A stretch of DNA of 63,967 nt, counting the filler, from Intoshia linei (lineage: Eukaryota > Animalia > Orthonectida): NCBI GenBank assembly GCA_001642005.1. It is 8 parts of 8 records of this genome, joined end to end, with 100 filler letters (N's around TTAATTAATTAA, not from the genome) between each part and the next. Parts side by side here need not be neighbours in the genome. Positions count along the whole stretch, not along the records: positions 24,243 to 46,249 come from LWCA01000614.1; positions 46,350 to 55,319 come from LWCA01001403.1; 6 more parts are not named here. One strand, given 5' to 3'. Positions 25,066 to 49,800 of the stretch are shown here, in pieces. The notes below the pieces were generated by a model. The model was not told the DNA's origin, ran no database searches, and was given only the letters and a program-made list of their open reading frames with translations. Numbering within the stretch: position 1 is the first letter of the stretch; each line of letters begins with the position of its first letter. The position numbers and the translations under genes were made by a program.

Positions 25066-28000
25066 CTATATTTCATCTATTTCTTCTGGATAATCTCCAC
25101 ATTTCACAAATGTTGGCTTTACAAACGCTCCACATTTTTCAGGACATGTAAAGTAAGTTTTGTTCTTATATCTAAATGAATATATAAATAATAAGATATA
25201 AACCCCTGCTTTGTAAAATGTAGTCAATAGAATCATTTAAATTTTAAATGATTAATATTTTCATAAAACGATTAACCATTACTATTATTAAATTAATTTT
25301 TAGTATAAAATATAGTATTTTTATCTATTTTTCATGACTGATCAATAATGAAGAACACCGTAAATTACTGGTATATCCCTAGGTGTATATCGGATTATAA
25401 TAAAAGTATGAATGCAGATGACTAGTGGAAATGGTAAGTTTAAGACGTTTGGTAAACGATCACATTGATATGATTGACCCAAAAATGGAGAAACAAAATA
25501 CATACTGGTTTTAAACGTTGAATATTGATTTTGATGAATATTTAGCAGATCGAGAATTTCATGCAGAGTAGCATATCTACCAAAAAGACTACGATTGTTT
25601 GTAGAGAAAAAGTTAATTTGTACGTCTCTCAGTGTGCTTCCGTTAAGAGTAACCTCACAAGGAAAGACATATAAATAGCTCTAGAGTAGGTTTCTTAACA
25701 GGGGGTACTAGCACCCCCAGGGATGCTAGAATTCATTTCAGGAGGTGTTAGAAAAACTATTCTTATTTTTTAATTTAATTTTAATGATTTAATAAAAAAA
25801 ATCTAATTAAACGTATTTTCAAATTGAAATGTATTTTATCACTCAAATAAGTGTATATTAGGCAGTGGAGTAGCGTCACAGTGTGCAACATATGCGCCAC
25901 ATCCCCTAAAAAATTTAAAAAATTATATTTTTAAATAACATTGTAGTGATATAATCACTATGAGAAGTGAACTTTATATATAAGTTGATAATTTAAATAA
26001 TAAATTCTTCGAACTCTTTACTTGTACAATCTTGCAGGTTCCTTCGTACAGGACTTTATCGTTACAATTTATTATTTACAAAAATTTGGTACTCTGAACT
26101 TTACAAATGTTAAAGAAAAGAATTGGAAAAATTTTTGATGGAAAATTGAAACCACGTGATAACACTAGTGAAACCTCAAGTCAATTTATTTATGATACAG
26201 GCTCCCAGGTTAATTGTATTGTATTAAATCCTTATAAGACAGAGAGAAAAGAATAATACAAATTTTACTGTATATTATATACAGTAAGGTGTTAATATAT
26301 TGTCTATATATACTATATAGCGAAATTATTAAATATCAAGATAATATTATGATGTCTGTCAGGGGTGTACCAGCATGTAATCTACCAAAAAGATGCAATT
26401 GTTGTCTATGTTTCTTAAAAAAACATAATTATCCCTCAATACTTCCATTGAATGTTGCTCTAACAAACGAAGTGGCCGAACGTGTAATACACTGAGTCCA
26501 ATACTTCGTGAGAGGGCGTCAGTCAAGTATATTGATGATGAATTATTAAATGACAGTGTTAATTGCCTTAAAAATTATAATAAATTTAATAATTAACACT
26601 TAAAATAAAGTTAATTTCAAATTAAAACGGGTAATTTTAAATCGCTGAATAGTCCGATGTCTTTGAAATAATATAAAAAACTAAAATCATAGATGTTAAT
26701 TTTAACTCATTTCTCATGTCGTACGACCTGGATTTTTTCTTTCAGAAAAATTCTAACACCTTAACCTACAGTGTAATATAAATATTTAATATGTAACTTT
26801 TTTTAAATCAAAAATTACATACGTTCCATTGTGATTTCCGAGTGGTTCGTCGTATTGAATTCCAATTAAATTTTTTGTAGAAAAATCAGTTACACCAGTG
26901 TATTTAACAACTCCTCTCTTGGGTCTTTGTCCATTCAAATTAACTTCGCACCTATTTAAAAAATATAGTTCGATATATTAGGGCTATTCTCTAGCTAATA
27001 AAAAATCATTTGAATTTAAGTGACCTACAGGAAATGGTATCCAAGACAGTTTATCAAATCCTTACGAAAAAATATATTTTTAGTAGTTTTAATTTTTTTA
27101 CTCCTGTATTGTTGGCACTGAAAAAAGGTCTTGCGACCATTGTATAGAAATACATTTTTTTATAGTAGTAAATAACTTTTACCTACTTCCAACTGTAAAT
27201 GATAAGATCTCATCATTTTCGTTATTTTCAGGCTTATCAGGATTAAATCGTCCCAATTTATGCTGTTTTTTAAATGACAATAAGCTATCTATATTACTCT
27301 ATATTTATCATTATATAATCCAGTGATTCTTAACCTGGGCAATAGCGCCCCCCTTGGGGCGTTTTTATGATCAAATGGGGCGAAAATATTTTTATCGTAT
27401 CAGTTGGGATTCCAATATAACATTAGATTATAACCGTTCAATGAGCCTAGTTGGCACAGTCGTTATAGTCACATGATTATTTTGTAGAAAGGGTTTATAT
27501 TCATCTCTGGAATCTTTTTATTTAGGTGTATTTTTTGTATATATTATTTTCATGATCCATCAAATTAAAAAAATAATCTCAAATTTCATTTGCATATTTC
27601 TTAAGATATCAAAAAAACAATTATTAATTGCTTTTTTTATTGTATTCCGTATCAACTCTACTGTTAAAAAAAAATTTCTGCATAACATACACTGCACATT
27701 TATAAACTTCGATTGTCTTTATGGTTTATATCTTTACCTAACTTTAGACTAAGTTTAGTGGAAGTTAAATTGAATTTGGTATAACCCCAAAACATTCGAT
27801 TATAATAATTAATGTAGTGAATATTACTTTCTTTTTTTTCGTAGACATCATATGATAGTTTGAACCCAGAATCTTCAACTGGTTCCATATTAATTGGCTT
27901 TCCCGTAACCTATACAATTTATAATTAAAAGCATCGAAATTAACAGATTCAATTGAATCAACGTACACTAACCAATGAAAAAAATGATATTGATACTATA

Positions 28001-29566
28001 CATTTTATTTTCACAAAAATGAATTACAAAACGGTAGATAGATTTGGATAAATAATTCAAATAAGTATTATAATATAATAATTGTTGTCCAGTATTATAA
28101 TTATAACTAGCTTGGATGTTTTAATACAAATTTTGTTTTAATTTGTTTTAATACAAACAACACCTAGCTTTGCTGAAGGCGGGCTTATCTAATTTTAACA
28201 TTAAAAATACCAATTATGTATCAATAATTAATGGAAGCAGTAGCTTAAAAACATATTTCGGATGAATTTTACCAACATTGCAAAGCATTGTAATAAATAC
28301 AAAAACGATAATAACAAAGTTGTACTTTTAGTTGCTGCTGTTTTAAAATAAATTTCGTTAAATTTTTTGAAAATGAGTATTTGAGAATAAAAAATTGCGT
28401 AGCACTTAACAAAAATCCGAAGGAATGAATTATATAGATTTTCACCCATATTTCTTTATTGAAAATGTGTAGACATTCAAGGCACATTTTTTTGAAATTG
28501 TACGATCAATATTTACATTTTCAATTTTTATTTTAATCGAAATATTTGAAAAATATTGGTTAATAATATATTTAAAATTATTTTTCATCGGGAATGCGTA
28601 GATTTCTGGGGTTAAAATTTTGTATTTATATCAACTGGAATAAGCTCTACTAGATTAATCTTTTTAATTTAGATCTATTTTAATCTAGATTAATTTTCGG
28701 ACCGTTAACTATTTCACATTTTTTGTTTTCATAAAATTGTTTCGAAATATAAAAATGTGAATACTAAAATGCTTTTTTGACCGTTAAGGCGTCACTTATT
28801 CAGATGGAAATTTTTTGTGTGTTAACAGGATACAACTGTACCACCTGTATTTTTTTTTAAATTCTAGGGCTGTTTTCATTTTTAAAAAAATGGTAATTTG
28901 TGGTTTTGGCCCTGAAGATATATTTCTTTATTAAATTAAAATAATGATTATTATGATAATATTTATGATTTTAAAATCTGTATCAGAGTATGTTTTTTTA
29001 AATTCTCGAACTCGTTTGATTTTAAAAAAAAAAGGATAATTGGAGGTTTTAGCCCGTAAGATGTAAGTTTACAAGGTTGAAATTTATCTTACTTTCACCC
29101 GTAAAAAACTGTAATACAAATGTGGACTTTATAATATTCTAAGACTCTTAGTTATTGAAATAAACGATAACACACACATACAAACAAAGCGTTTTATATG
29201 AGTAAGGATTTATTTATTTTCAAAATAAAAAAAAGTAATTTTTGGATAGCAAGGAAAATAGATACTACACAACTAAAATAAATAATAAAAACCTTAACAA
29301 CGACATCATCTGCCAAAGGAATATCGGATAATAAGTTTTCGTCCTTATCAAGAGATATACATTTACCATCAATAAAAGTAGCTTCCAATATCATATTATC
29401 GCTTAAAATACCAACCATCATTTCCAACCGATTCTAAAAAATAAATACCGATATATAAACAAAAACTCACTTTAAGCTTTTTGATGGACAAACTAGATTG
29501 AAATCGTTTGCGCAAATCATAAGAACTATCTTCATTTTTGATATGGAGCATGTAAGATTCAGACAT
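25066..29566 (-). CDS. TBCB: Tubulin-folding cofactor B (Ubl + CAP-Gly), ~6 exons
   Basis: MSESY...LK|NRLEMMVG...SYDVYEKK...[15 protein letters not shown]...RCEV...RGVVKYTG...[14 protein letters not shown]...[14 protein letters not shown]...[10 protein letters not shown]. Confidence 0.92.
27321..27480 (+). mobile_element. hAT MITE left end; a second copy lies inverted at ~30810-30965
   Basis: CAGTGATTCTTAACCTGGGC... about 150 bp, nearly identical to the reverse complement of 30810-30965. Confidence 0.8.
28107..29208 (-). mobile_element. Helitron-like element with both ends, in a TBCB intron
   Basis: On the minus strand: A|TCCTTACTCATATAA + GT microsatellite ... CAAGCTAG|T. Other partial copies at 30970-31411(-), ~34520, 37909, 46350-46435, 51469 and 60400. 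Confidence 0.72.
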
Positions 29567-30439
29567 CTTTAATGTTACTAATATTTGTAGTTACTAATGA
29601 TAAAACTTTATTATTGCCTAGGTATAGCAAATTTTCAATTTAATGTTTACAAAATATATAATTTGAATGATTCACGCAATATTCCTATTTAATAATCAAG
29701 GAAGGCCTCGTTTAACCAAATTTTATAAATATTATGTAATTCAAACCTACAATTCGTTTATTTATAATTTATAACTAGTCCGTTGAAAAACAACAAAAAG
29801 CCATAAAAACCGTTTACAGTCATGTGTCCAAGCGGTCTGACATTTCTTGCAATTTTTTGGAAAATGTAAAGTAACCTATTAATTTTCTACATTATTGTAC
29901 AATGTACACATAGTATGTATTTTATATTAGCATTTTTGAAGACATTGAATCAAAACTAGTTTACCGGCATTATGCTACTCTTTATTTTGTTTTCGTTATT
30001 GATTCATGTGAAAGTGAATTGGGAATTTTGGATTTAATACAGGTTTAGAGTTTAGTATTGTTAAAAAATATTTTATAATAAATTTAGGTTTTTGTGGAGA
30101 TTTTAGATAAAATTTTTGAAAACGTATGCGAATTAGATATTATATACAACTTGGATAAGGTGTTTACAGTGTTTTATAATTATTTTTATTTCTAAAACAG
30201 ATACATTCTATAATTTCCGAAATGATTATTGGTGGTATGGTTATGCAGACAAATATGAGCGAAATTATTTGCCGATTAGACCAGGTTAGATTACTTGAAC
30301 AAAATGATGAAAAAGTATTATCACCTTCGCGTGCCATTTCCTCAATCAAAGATTTAAATATTACTAAAAAAATTAAAACAAAGTTTAATGATCTTTCTCG
30401 TAAATTTTAATATTTTCAATATAAATACAATAAATATTG

Positions 30440-39737
<9,298 letters not shown>

Positions 39738-40018
39738 TGCAACTTGATTCAAATAGATAAGACTTTTAATTAGATTTAGTCTTGTGACAAAATACAAGCA
39801 ATAAATAGGTTAAAATATGTGAAATAACGTGAATAGTTAATTATATGGTATATAGGTAAATGTAACTAAAAATTACAAATTTCTAAAATTTTTTCTAATT
39901 AATGTAAACAGCAATAATGTATTGTAAATCTTATTATATTATATTCATATAAATATTGATCTAATTTATGGAACGTTTACTAATCAATAAGCTAGTACAT
40001 GTAATTGTAATGTTTATT

Positions 40019-43000
40019 TCAACAGTATAAATCACTTGCATTTTTTTGAAGATAGTATCAGTATTTTCGCATATATTTTGTGAGCCAGTTCAGTTTTATT
40101 CATTTTAAATAATATGTCTCCTTTAATTTTATATAGTTTGTAATTGTCTGGTTCCAATTTACAGGCTAATTAGTTTAATTATTATTTTTATTGAAAAATA
40201 AAATTTGATCAAAATAATTTTAATCTATATTTATATATTATGTACATTTAATTAATATATTGTACATGTAGTTATTGTAGGTAATCAAATTACCATAATC
40301 AATGTCCTTGAGACCAGTGGAATAATTTTCTCCATGTATATGTATGATTGCTCTTAATGCAAAGGCTTCGTAGTATTTTTTTGTACAGCTAATAATGTGG
40401 TTCAAATTAGTACACGCCTCAGTCCAATTTAACGAAATCATCTAATTATTGATTTATCTTATTATAATAATTATAATTATAGAAACAGTATGATTTGTAA
40501 GGTTTTCTATTTATTTTTAAATTGTCATCTATAATTAAGGAATGTTTTGTTATTGATTTTTTAATATTCTAAATGATGTAACTCGTCAATTAAGCATTTT
40601 CCAATATTTTAATATCATATTTGTGCTGCGTATTAGATTTAATATAGTGAATTAAATGATTATTCAATTAGGCTAAGTGAATTGAGAATAAACCAAATTA
40701 AGTAACTTGCAAACATATAACATTAATAAGGTAAATTATCATGCGTTTTCAAAGATTTGAAATTATCAATATGTTTGAGATCAACGTTCCCTCAAAGCAT
40801 TTTTCAATTTTTCGTTTTATGAGAAATAATTAAGAGATATTTCCCCAATTATCATATTACATTTACAAGTACTCTACAGAAAAACTACCTATCGCAAAAT
40901 CTTACAAAATGCATTTATGAGAGTATATACAATGCATAATATACCTTGCATATATTATATGTACCTTCGAAATGAAAAATGAATATTATATTTTTAAGAA
41001 ATTTTTAAAATGTTTTTTATTTATTATTTAAAGCATTCTTACATGTATTTCAATGAAAAAGGTTGAGAAGCACTATAAAGTATAATATACGATATTTTCT
41101 TATTTTAGGATAATATATTATCATATTATTAAAAAAAATATCTAAAAATTACTAAACAGCAAGCTCTATTGATGTATGCAGGATAAAAGTGTTCATCATT
41201 CTTTATAATATACGTGTATTTTTCTATGGCCTGAAAATGTTAAAATTAAAGGCTGATCATATGATAAATAAGGTGAATTTTACCTCCTGAAATCGGTGAT
41301 TATGTACAAGTAAATTTGTTGCATTGTAATATCCAATTAGTGATATATTTTTTACTTCGGTATCTTTAAGGTTTGACGCAGTTGCACGCAAAAAGTATTT
41401 ATAAGAGATATGCTTGTTTAACTAAATTTGAATCAATATATGTTATTATTAGTACTATTACTAAAAAAGACTGTTTTATACTTCGTACAAAATGTAGCTG
41501 TTTCTGCGGAGAACGGATTTTTGTAATTTTACTAACCAAAAAAATCAATTCAATCTTATTTTAAAATCTCAGTTATCAAACATGTTATTATCCACTTTTA
41601 TCAACCCTTTAAAGTAGAGCTTCTCAAACTAGGGACTGTCATTTCACAGTAAATTAATAGTGACCACTTTAACTTAATTGCTAAAAATATTATGACTACA
41701 TCACTTTTTTACATTTTTAGTTTAACACTATGGGTGTAGTAAAGCATTAAATATACATGTAGTAGTGTTTAAATATCGGGGACTATTTTAATTTTTTAAG
41801 AAAAGGTAATCTGCGATTTTGATTGTGAAAATGCACTTTTTTGAGGTTGACATTTATGGTAATGTCATTATCTAAAATTTATAACTTATATAATTTTTAA
41901 AACAATTAAAATGGGTTTCTTTAACCCAGTAATCCTAACGGGGTTGATATCCCATGGGACGTTTATGCCCTAGTTGCGATTTTACAATTTTAAATCTACA
42001 AAAAATATTTATGAATACTCAAAATTAAATATATTCAATACAGTATATTATATAGTTTTTAAAATAATAATATGTGTAAATAATATACTAATGAAAAGAT
42101 TCCAAAATTATTGAGTATATATGCATTTTTTGATAGTTCTAGGGCTTTGGTCATGTCAGATAAGGCCGTTTCACGTTGGAATCTGTAATCATATAAAATT
42201 CCTCTAATATGATAAGCCTCAGCAGAATCTAAACATAAAATTAAATATATTTTACAAATACAATTGTTATTGCTATTAAAATGTACTGCAATGCAATATA
42301 ATAAAATCATTTAATATTAATTATAAATATATTTAATAAATTATAATGAAGCTTTTTCAACCTAAACCACGGCGCGGACTAGGAATTTTTTGGTCTGTGT
42401 TAATCCTAAATTAGTAAATACCTGGAAAGGTATGTATTATGTCGTTGCAATGTTCAATCGATTTTTCAATTTTCCCCTCAATTTTGTAGGCTAATGCAAT
42501 GTTAATCATGGCTTCAAAACATTTCGGATTTATTTTTAAAACTTTATTATAATCATCTCTAAATGTATTCAAATATACTTAAAATAATCTTCTGTAACAT
42601 ATAATACTCTTTAATTTAAAACCACTATCTAATATACAGATACCTTCATTGCAGTGGTATTTAAATGAAATTTTTTATAGAGAAGATTCTTAAATCCAAA
42701 CATTTTTACAAAAATCAACTTTTACCAACCCTATAGGAAAATTCCAGTTTTATCAACACTATAAAAATACTTAGAAAGCGAGGAAAACTATTAAGAACAT
42801 ATAATAAAGCAAATATCAAATATTTCAAGGACAGAAAAATCCTTAATGAATACATTTTTTTTGCTTTAAAAAGTTTTATTTGTTTTATCATCAGTTTAAG
42901 TAAGTATTAAAGTCGTTATAATATCCGTTTATCGATAATCCCTCTAATTAAGAACTTTACGTTGTTTTTTTTGCGATACTGAATTTTTATGGGATACTCT

Positions 43001-45672
43001 GCAATTCGGTAAAATTGGATTTTTCCTTTTAGGATGGGTAAAACTGAAATTTTCCTAAATGGTTGTTAAAATTTCATTTTTTCTTTAAGAGTTGGTAAAA
43101 GTGGAATTTTCCGAAAGGGTTAGTAAATTTTCATTTTTATAAAAATGGTTGGATTTAAGTAGACACCCTTTTTTAATTATCTTTTTTAAATTGATATGTA
43201 CATTGTACAATGTACGAAATGAAAAATTTTTTTTACCATTTTATTCAGCATAGCAAAAAAACCAGATGCTGAAATATACTTTTTTTTTAATAGACAAAAG
43301 TAATAAAAGTTAACACCCTAATGTACATGTAAAAATCATTTGGAGCGTTATAAAATTTAATAAAAGTTATACAAATCAATGAATTTAAAGAATAAATATG
43401 ACTATTACTCAAATATATTACCTCGCCAAGTGAATAGAACCTTTCAAATTTGTATAAACATTTCCGCGTGCAATTAACAACTTTATATTACGTGGATTAT
43501 TTTTTAATTCAATATTGAGACAACTCAAACATTTATCATATTGTTTAAGTCTAAAAAAATAATTAATATTGTATAATACACTGCAGTATTTATTTATTTT
43601 ATAGAAAAGGTTATTACCTAAAATATGATCTAGCGATTATGTTTACAACTTCACTCCTAAACTTTTTAGTAAGGGGTGATTTTATTGCATTTAAACAATC
43701 CGCAACTACATTTCTGTATTGTAACAATTTATAGTAAATAATGGCTCTATTTAACAGAGATTTAAAATAAATTAAACTTTTTTCACTTGATAGAATTATG
43801 GCAATACTGTAATCAGACAACCCCTATTAATTTAACGTTATTCAATTTAAATTTTATAAAGTTTACCCTAATATACTTTTCAGCCTTATGATACAAAACA
43901 CCTCTATTAAAATACAAAAGAGCAGATTCAGAGTTGAGTGATACACATACATTCAAATCATCTAACGCGTATTCAAGGGCATTTATCTTAGTTTTTAAAC
44001 AGCCTCTAAAAATTAAAATAATAGTGTTCATATAGATAAAAATAATTATTTTACCGATACATGTGAGCTCTAATACTTTTCGGTGAAATGGAAATAGCCT
44101 TATTACAATTCATTATTGCTTTACCATAATTTTTAACATGCGCATAACAACAAGATCTAGCCAGATAAGCCTACGTTACATTATAATATTTATTATTCAA
44201 TTATAGCGCTTTTTTAAATACATTTAAGTATGTACAGTAGGGTGTCACATTTTTTCGAAAATTTTAGAATTTGATGGATGGTTAGCACTAACTGTGTGTA
44301 TTTTTAAAAAAAAACTCTATAACATAATCAAAAACTACTAACGATAGATATTCACTGTGCGTTTAACATTTTAATTAAACCATTAAAAATCTTATAGTAA
44401 AATTAAAATATAACTTCTTAAATTGATAAACAATTTCTTAAATTTAGGGCATAAATGTAAAGTGAAAAAAATTTTGTATTAAAAATTCAATCGTTGATAA
44501 AAATCGAACTAAGACAGCTAGAATGAAAATTAAAATCATATGTTTAGTTATAAACGGTGATTAACATAATAATCTGTAAACCATAAAAATTCACTATAAC
44601 ACTGTTTTTAAAAAAAATAAAGTTATTTTTTAATTTTACTATAAGATTTGTAATGGTTTATTTAAAATGTTAAACGCATAGCGGGTAGACATCTTTGTCA
44701 AATAAAATTCTATAATAATTGGTTTTTCCCTAAAATACACCATTTTCACGCTAACCATCCTTGATTCTTTGATGGGTGTGACACCCCAATGTACATTTTT
44801 TTAAATAAAAAAAATACTTTAAATAAATTTCGGTCGATTTTTAGAGCCTTATTGAAGCATAGTAGAGCAGAATGGAAATAATTTTTTTGTTTTGTGTCAA
44901 ATATTAATTTTCCTAATAAATATAGTGTATAATAATTTATAAACATTTAGATACCAAGATAAATTATAATATTCGGTTGTTTAAAGTTGATTTTTAATGA
45001 ATTTTCTAAAGCAGTTATCGCTAGAGCAGGTTCTTTTAAAACATAATGGCAAAATCCTATTGAATTAAATATACTGATTGCTTCATGTGGCCACACCATT
45101 TCATCAGATTTCTTAAATTTATTTTAATTGCATTTATAATTATAAGATACCAAATATTGAGTATTATTTTGTTTCTAAAAAATTTATTTACAAGTTAAAA
45201 TTAAAAATTAAAAATCCAACATTTACAATTAACAATTTTATTTGATTTTATGCAAATTTAAATAAAAATATCCTTTTTCAAATGTCTTGGAAAATACGCT
45301 TTATTTTACGATATGTTTTTTTCTGTACTGTTGTTAAAATTGGATTTAAACGGTATTTAAAAAATCAAATTATACAATTTATGTACCATTATATCCAATG
45401 AAGTGTTATACACTTCTATTGCTTTTCTATAATTTTTAGATTTTTTATAGGCGTATGCCAATAAAGCTATCGATTCAGACGTTGGATAGCGATTAGAATA
45501 ATTTTTAAGAATGTTTATTGCAGCTTCATGTTTTTTTAAAAATGTTAAAACTATTGCAGTTTGACATTTTTCTATTGAAGGCATATTATCATTCAATATG
45601 TTTATATCTGCTGCTATTTTTACACAATTAAATGCCTTTTTATAATCTTTCATTTGTAATAATAAGAACCCC
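40019..45672 (-). CDS. TTC6: Multi-TPR protein, TTC6-like; 5' end probably beyond the gap at 46250
   Basis: Many short exons with TPR signatures (ALLYFNRGVLY, SLLNRAIIY, AYHIRGILY, AYINRA, LYKIKGDIL). Assignment to TTC6 is from remembered similarity only. Confidence 0.6.
44238..44788. mobile_element. hAT MITE with TAGGGTGTCACA TIRs; partial second copy from 48777
   Basis: TAGGGTGTCACA ... TGTGACACCCCA, flanked by ATGTACAG / ATGTACAT (7/8 TSD). Confidence 0.8.
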
Positions 45673-46810
45673 TAAAATATTAATATTAATTATACAATTG
45701 AAATGTTTATTAATTAGTAATTACAATAAATTGTCACAATTAATATATTTTATTTAAAAAAATTTAAAAATAAACTAGTTTGGTTGTATTGTACTTGGTA
45801 CAAGAGCACCTATCATGTCTAGGGTGGACTTTTCTAATTCTACCAAAACAATAAAATCTTATATAAAAATACCACCATTTACTATCCAATCTTTTAAACG
45901 TGTCAAGACAATTTATTATTTTTAAATTCTAGGACTATTAATTATATCAAAAATATTGGTTTTGTTAATAAAATAATTTCCAAAAAAAAGGGTAAACAGT
46001 AAATTGTTTTTTTGAACTAAACTTTCAAGGGGTTTTTAAAATTTTTTTTAAATAAACTTGCATTAGGAGTTTCTTAGAAAATTTTTTTAAACCAATCTTT
46101 AAGGGGGGGTTTTTAGGAATTTTTTTGAAAACTTTCAAAAGGGTTTTTAATATTTAAGATTTAAGAACTGGAAAAACACACAACATACAAGAAACTTTGA
46201 TTGGCCCGGCTTGCAAAGACATTTTATTTCTTATTATTGGAGAAGATGCNNNNNNNNNNNNNNNNNNNNNNNNNNNNNNNNNNNNNNNNNNNNTTAATTA
46301 ATTAANNNNNNNNNNNNNNNNNNNNNNNNNNNNNNNNNNNNNNNNNNNNTTCAATGTGAATTTATTTTTTTGGTAGAATAAAAATGTGCCCTCGGCAGAG
46401 CTAGTTTGTACGTAATACATAACTTTCAATCTAGTAGTAAGAATATAAAGTAAAAGTACAAGTTGCTAAAAATATGTGTATTTATGTAACCATTTATAGG
46501 AAAAACTAAGAGTTTCAAAAATTTCAAAATAATAGTTCAAAGTCATTTTTTTCCGACGTCGAAAGTAAGATAAATTTCAAATTCAAAAATTGGCACCATT
46601 ACTTCCAAAACACAAATGACCTTTTTTTGTTTAAAATGAATTGCCAAAGTCTTAGAATTTTAAAAAACACAAATTTTGGAATATTTTTTAAATAATGAGA
46701 TTATATCTTTTCGGTTTATTAGATTAGTGAGTCATGCCTCGAAAAACTATTCAAAGTTTTACACAATGCGCGCAACGGTATAAAATAATCTTCAATTCAA
46801 TAAAATTACC

Positions 46811-49800
46811 ACACAATTTGATCCATTAAGATAATTTAATAGAGTTTGTCGAATTCGGATCCATTCACCACTTGATTTACGAATATAGGACTAAAAACAT
46901 TAATCATCAAGCTGAATGTTTACATTATTTTTGTTAATAATTATGATGATGTAACCAGATTATTGAATTAGTGTTATTAATTCATTTAATCTGTAGAACA
47001 AAATGGCGATTTTAGTGTATAATCCGATATAAGCGATAGTATGTCAGAATCCGCGTATAAAAGCGCTCAGGAAGGTTGTCTGATTGAATTCTACTATGTC
47101 CACTAAGGCTATTCCATTTTTCTAATATAAAAATGAAATATATAGAAAATGAGTGCCGCTTAATTTGCTACAGAATGATATTAATATTTTTAATTTTTAT
47201 ATAAAAAAACCACCCCATCTTGAAGTTTAAAGTTTTTATTTTATGATTTCTCAGTTAGTTTATTATTATTATTAAATTTTAATAATACGTTGTCGTGTTA
47301 ATAAATTTAAATAATACCAAGTTTCAATTTATTATAAATTTACTTACAATTAATAATAATGATATTAATACGTATTTTATTTTACCTAGTAACCGTATTT
47401 CTCTTATTTAATATTTCTCTCATATTTCTGTCTCTTACAGTAAATTTGGATTTATTTTTAAAATGTATTGAGTTACAAAACAAAGTTATGTCATTTATAC
47501 ATTTACATGTATATTGGTAGTTTGCCAAATACATAGATTATCAAAAATACGTATTTATGAGAACACTAGATGAGAGGCCAATTATAAGGATTATTTGGTC
47601 ATGTTACATTTTTGAACCTCCCATATATATACTATACCAGTGGTTCCCAAATGGGGGCCTACAGAGTTTGAGGGACCCGCAGATTTAAGAAAGCTAGAAC
47701 TCATTCTAGAAAATTAGAACTATTCTAAAATTTAAAATTAAATTAGAAACGTTAACATATATTAATATATATTGATTTAGTATTTGATATTGAATGAATA
47801 TATTCTTGAAATTCGGATTAATTTTGAAGTATAATAAATTTAAATGTTATTAACCCTTACGAGACAATAACAAATATATATAAAAAATAACAATCATACA
47901 TTTACAATTTTTTGTCTACTAGGGTATATATAGGTTTATATACATATTAAAGAATGATTTATAACGAAAATAAAACCAGTAATATTAAAAGTAAACATTT
48001 TTTTAATCGCTTATATAATAATATAATAAACATATTCACTATTTTGGACTAATTGATCTTTTCTAAAAATAATTGTATACTGTTAGGGGGGTCGACAATA
48101 TATTTTTTTGGGAACCACTGTACTGTACTATACTTATATATATAAAATATGTATATATGTATTACATATAAATATACGGGTATTAAATATTTATGTTTAA
48201 GCATAATTTACTTGGTTAATTAATCTTGTGACATTCGTTAAACACTGTATTGCATTTCTTTTATTTGTAAAATTTCGATTTTCAAAAAGATTAATTAAAT
48301 TTTTAATATGAGTATGAGTTAAATATAATAATTCTTTCGCCACTAGTACACTTTTTATTTGTTGTTTAAAAGACATTATCATTATATCGTACAACTAAAT
48401 GTGAACATATAATATATTTAAATATATCCGACTTACAATTTAAGTTTTGCATTATAATATTACATTCAACATTATAATTATCCACCAACCGGTGTCAACT
48501 TTTTTATATTGTGAAATTTTATTAATATTTTTTTGACTATTATGAATCCCTTACTCAGACGTAAGGACTTTAATCAAAAAAATGGCATTCATTATTGTTA
48601 AATTAATTTAAATCTTTAAATTTACATTTTAAATGTCAATTTAGTAAATTTGAATTTTAACTTGTACATTGAATATTTTAGTCAAAATTTAATTTCCATT
48701 TTACATTCATGAATAAAGTGTATAATTTTTTAATTATATCCTTACTCATATAAAGTAACTAGGTTGACTGTTATGTAGGGTGTGACATCTTTTTGAAATT
48801 TTTAGAATTTAATGGGCGATGAGTAATCAATGTGTGTATTTTTAAAATAGAAGCACTATGTCGCAATTAAAAATATCTAATGATACTTATCCGAGTTGCG
48901 CCCATCATTTTAAATATCCTTTTGAAAATCGTATAGAAAAATTTAACTTTATTTTTTTGCAAAAACAACATTATGGTAAGTTATCATGATTTATATTTTA
49001 TGGTCTCAACACCCACGCTTAACTATAAATTTTTAATATTATACACACATATTGTCTAATAAATAAAAAAAATATGATAAAAATTGTTTTTAAAATTCTT
49101 TACGCAAATGTTAACAAAAAAAATTCAGATAGAATAATTCACTTTAAAGTAAAAAGTAATGTGATATGATGGTTCCGAATATAGGTATAAACGGCACATA
49201 CAAAAACGGCACAATACCAAAATGGTACACTACAAAAATGGCACACTACAAATACGGCACAGTACAAAAATGGCACAACTTAAATAATTATAATTACATA
49301 ACAATGAAAATACAATTGTATTAATATGATCAATATTTATAATTAAATAAGATAAAAAAATATTCTCTGGTGTGAACACCAGAGAATATATTTACTTTTT
49401 TTGTAATATGGTATGTAGGTAAAAAATTAATCTTAATATTTCAGTTTTAACGTATGTCTGTAGTGGATGAATTCTATAAAATCTAATAATAATATAAATC
49501 GTATTAACCCGTATATGAGTGCAGAATAGTATTTATATCAGTGCACATTGTGCATTACACAACACTGTATATTTATAATTGACAAATAAAAATTAACATT
49601 CTCAAATCTGAAGTGTGATATTTTGTTGATATGTATTTCATAAATACATAATTATAAATGTGTGCCGTTTTTGTAGAGTACCGATGGTTCCACCTGACAC
49701 AAATTTGGGAACCACTCCTTTAAAGGATTGATAATAGTGAATAGTAGGATTTTTAAGTTAGATTTTCAACGTGAATTTATTTTTTAAGTATAATAAAAAT

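Noticed and set aside
26020-26550. Possible nested gene in a TBCB intron
   Set aside because: [12 protein letters not shown] (plus strand) and LTDALSR (minus strand) look like retroelement protease/RNase H debris with stops.
49190-49278. CRISPR-like array
   Set aside because: Short degenerate tandem units with no unique spacers, in a eukaryotic transposon end.
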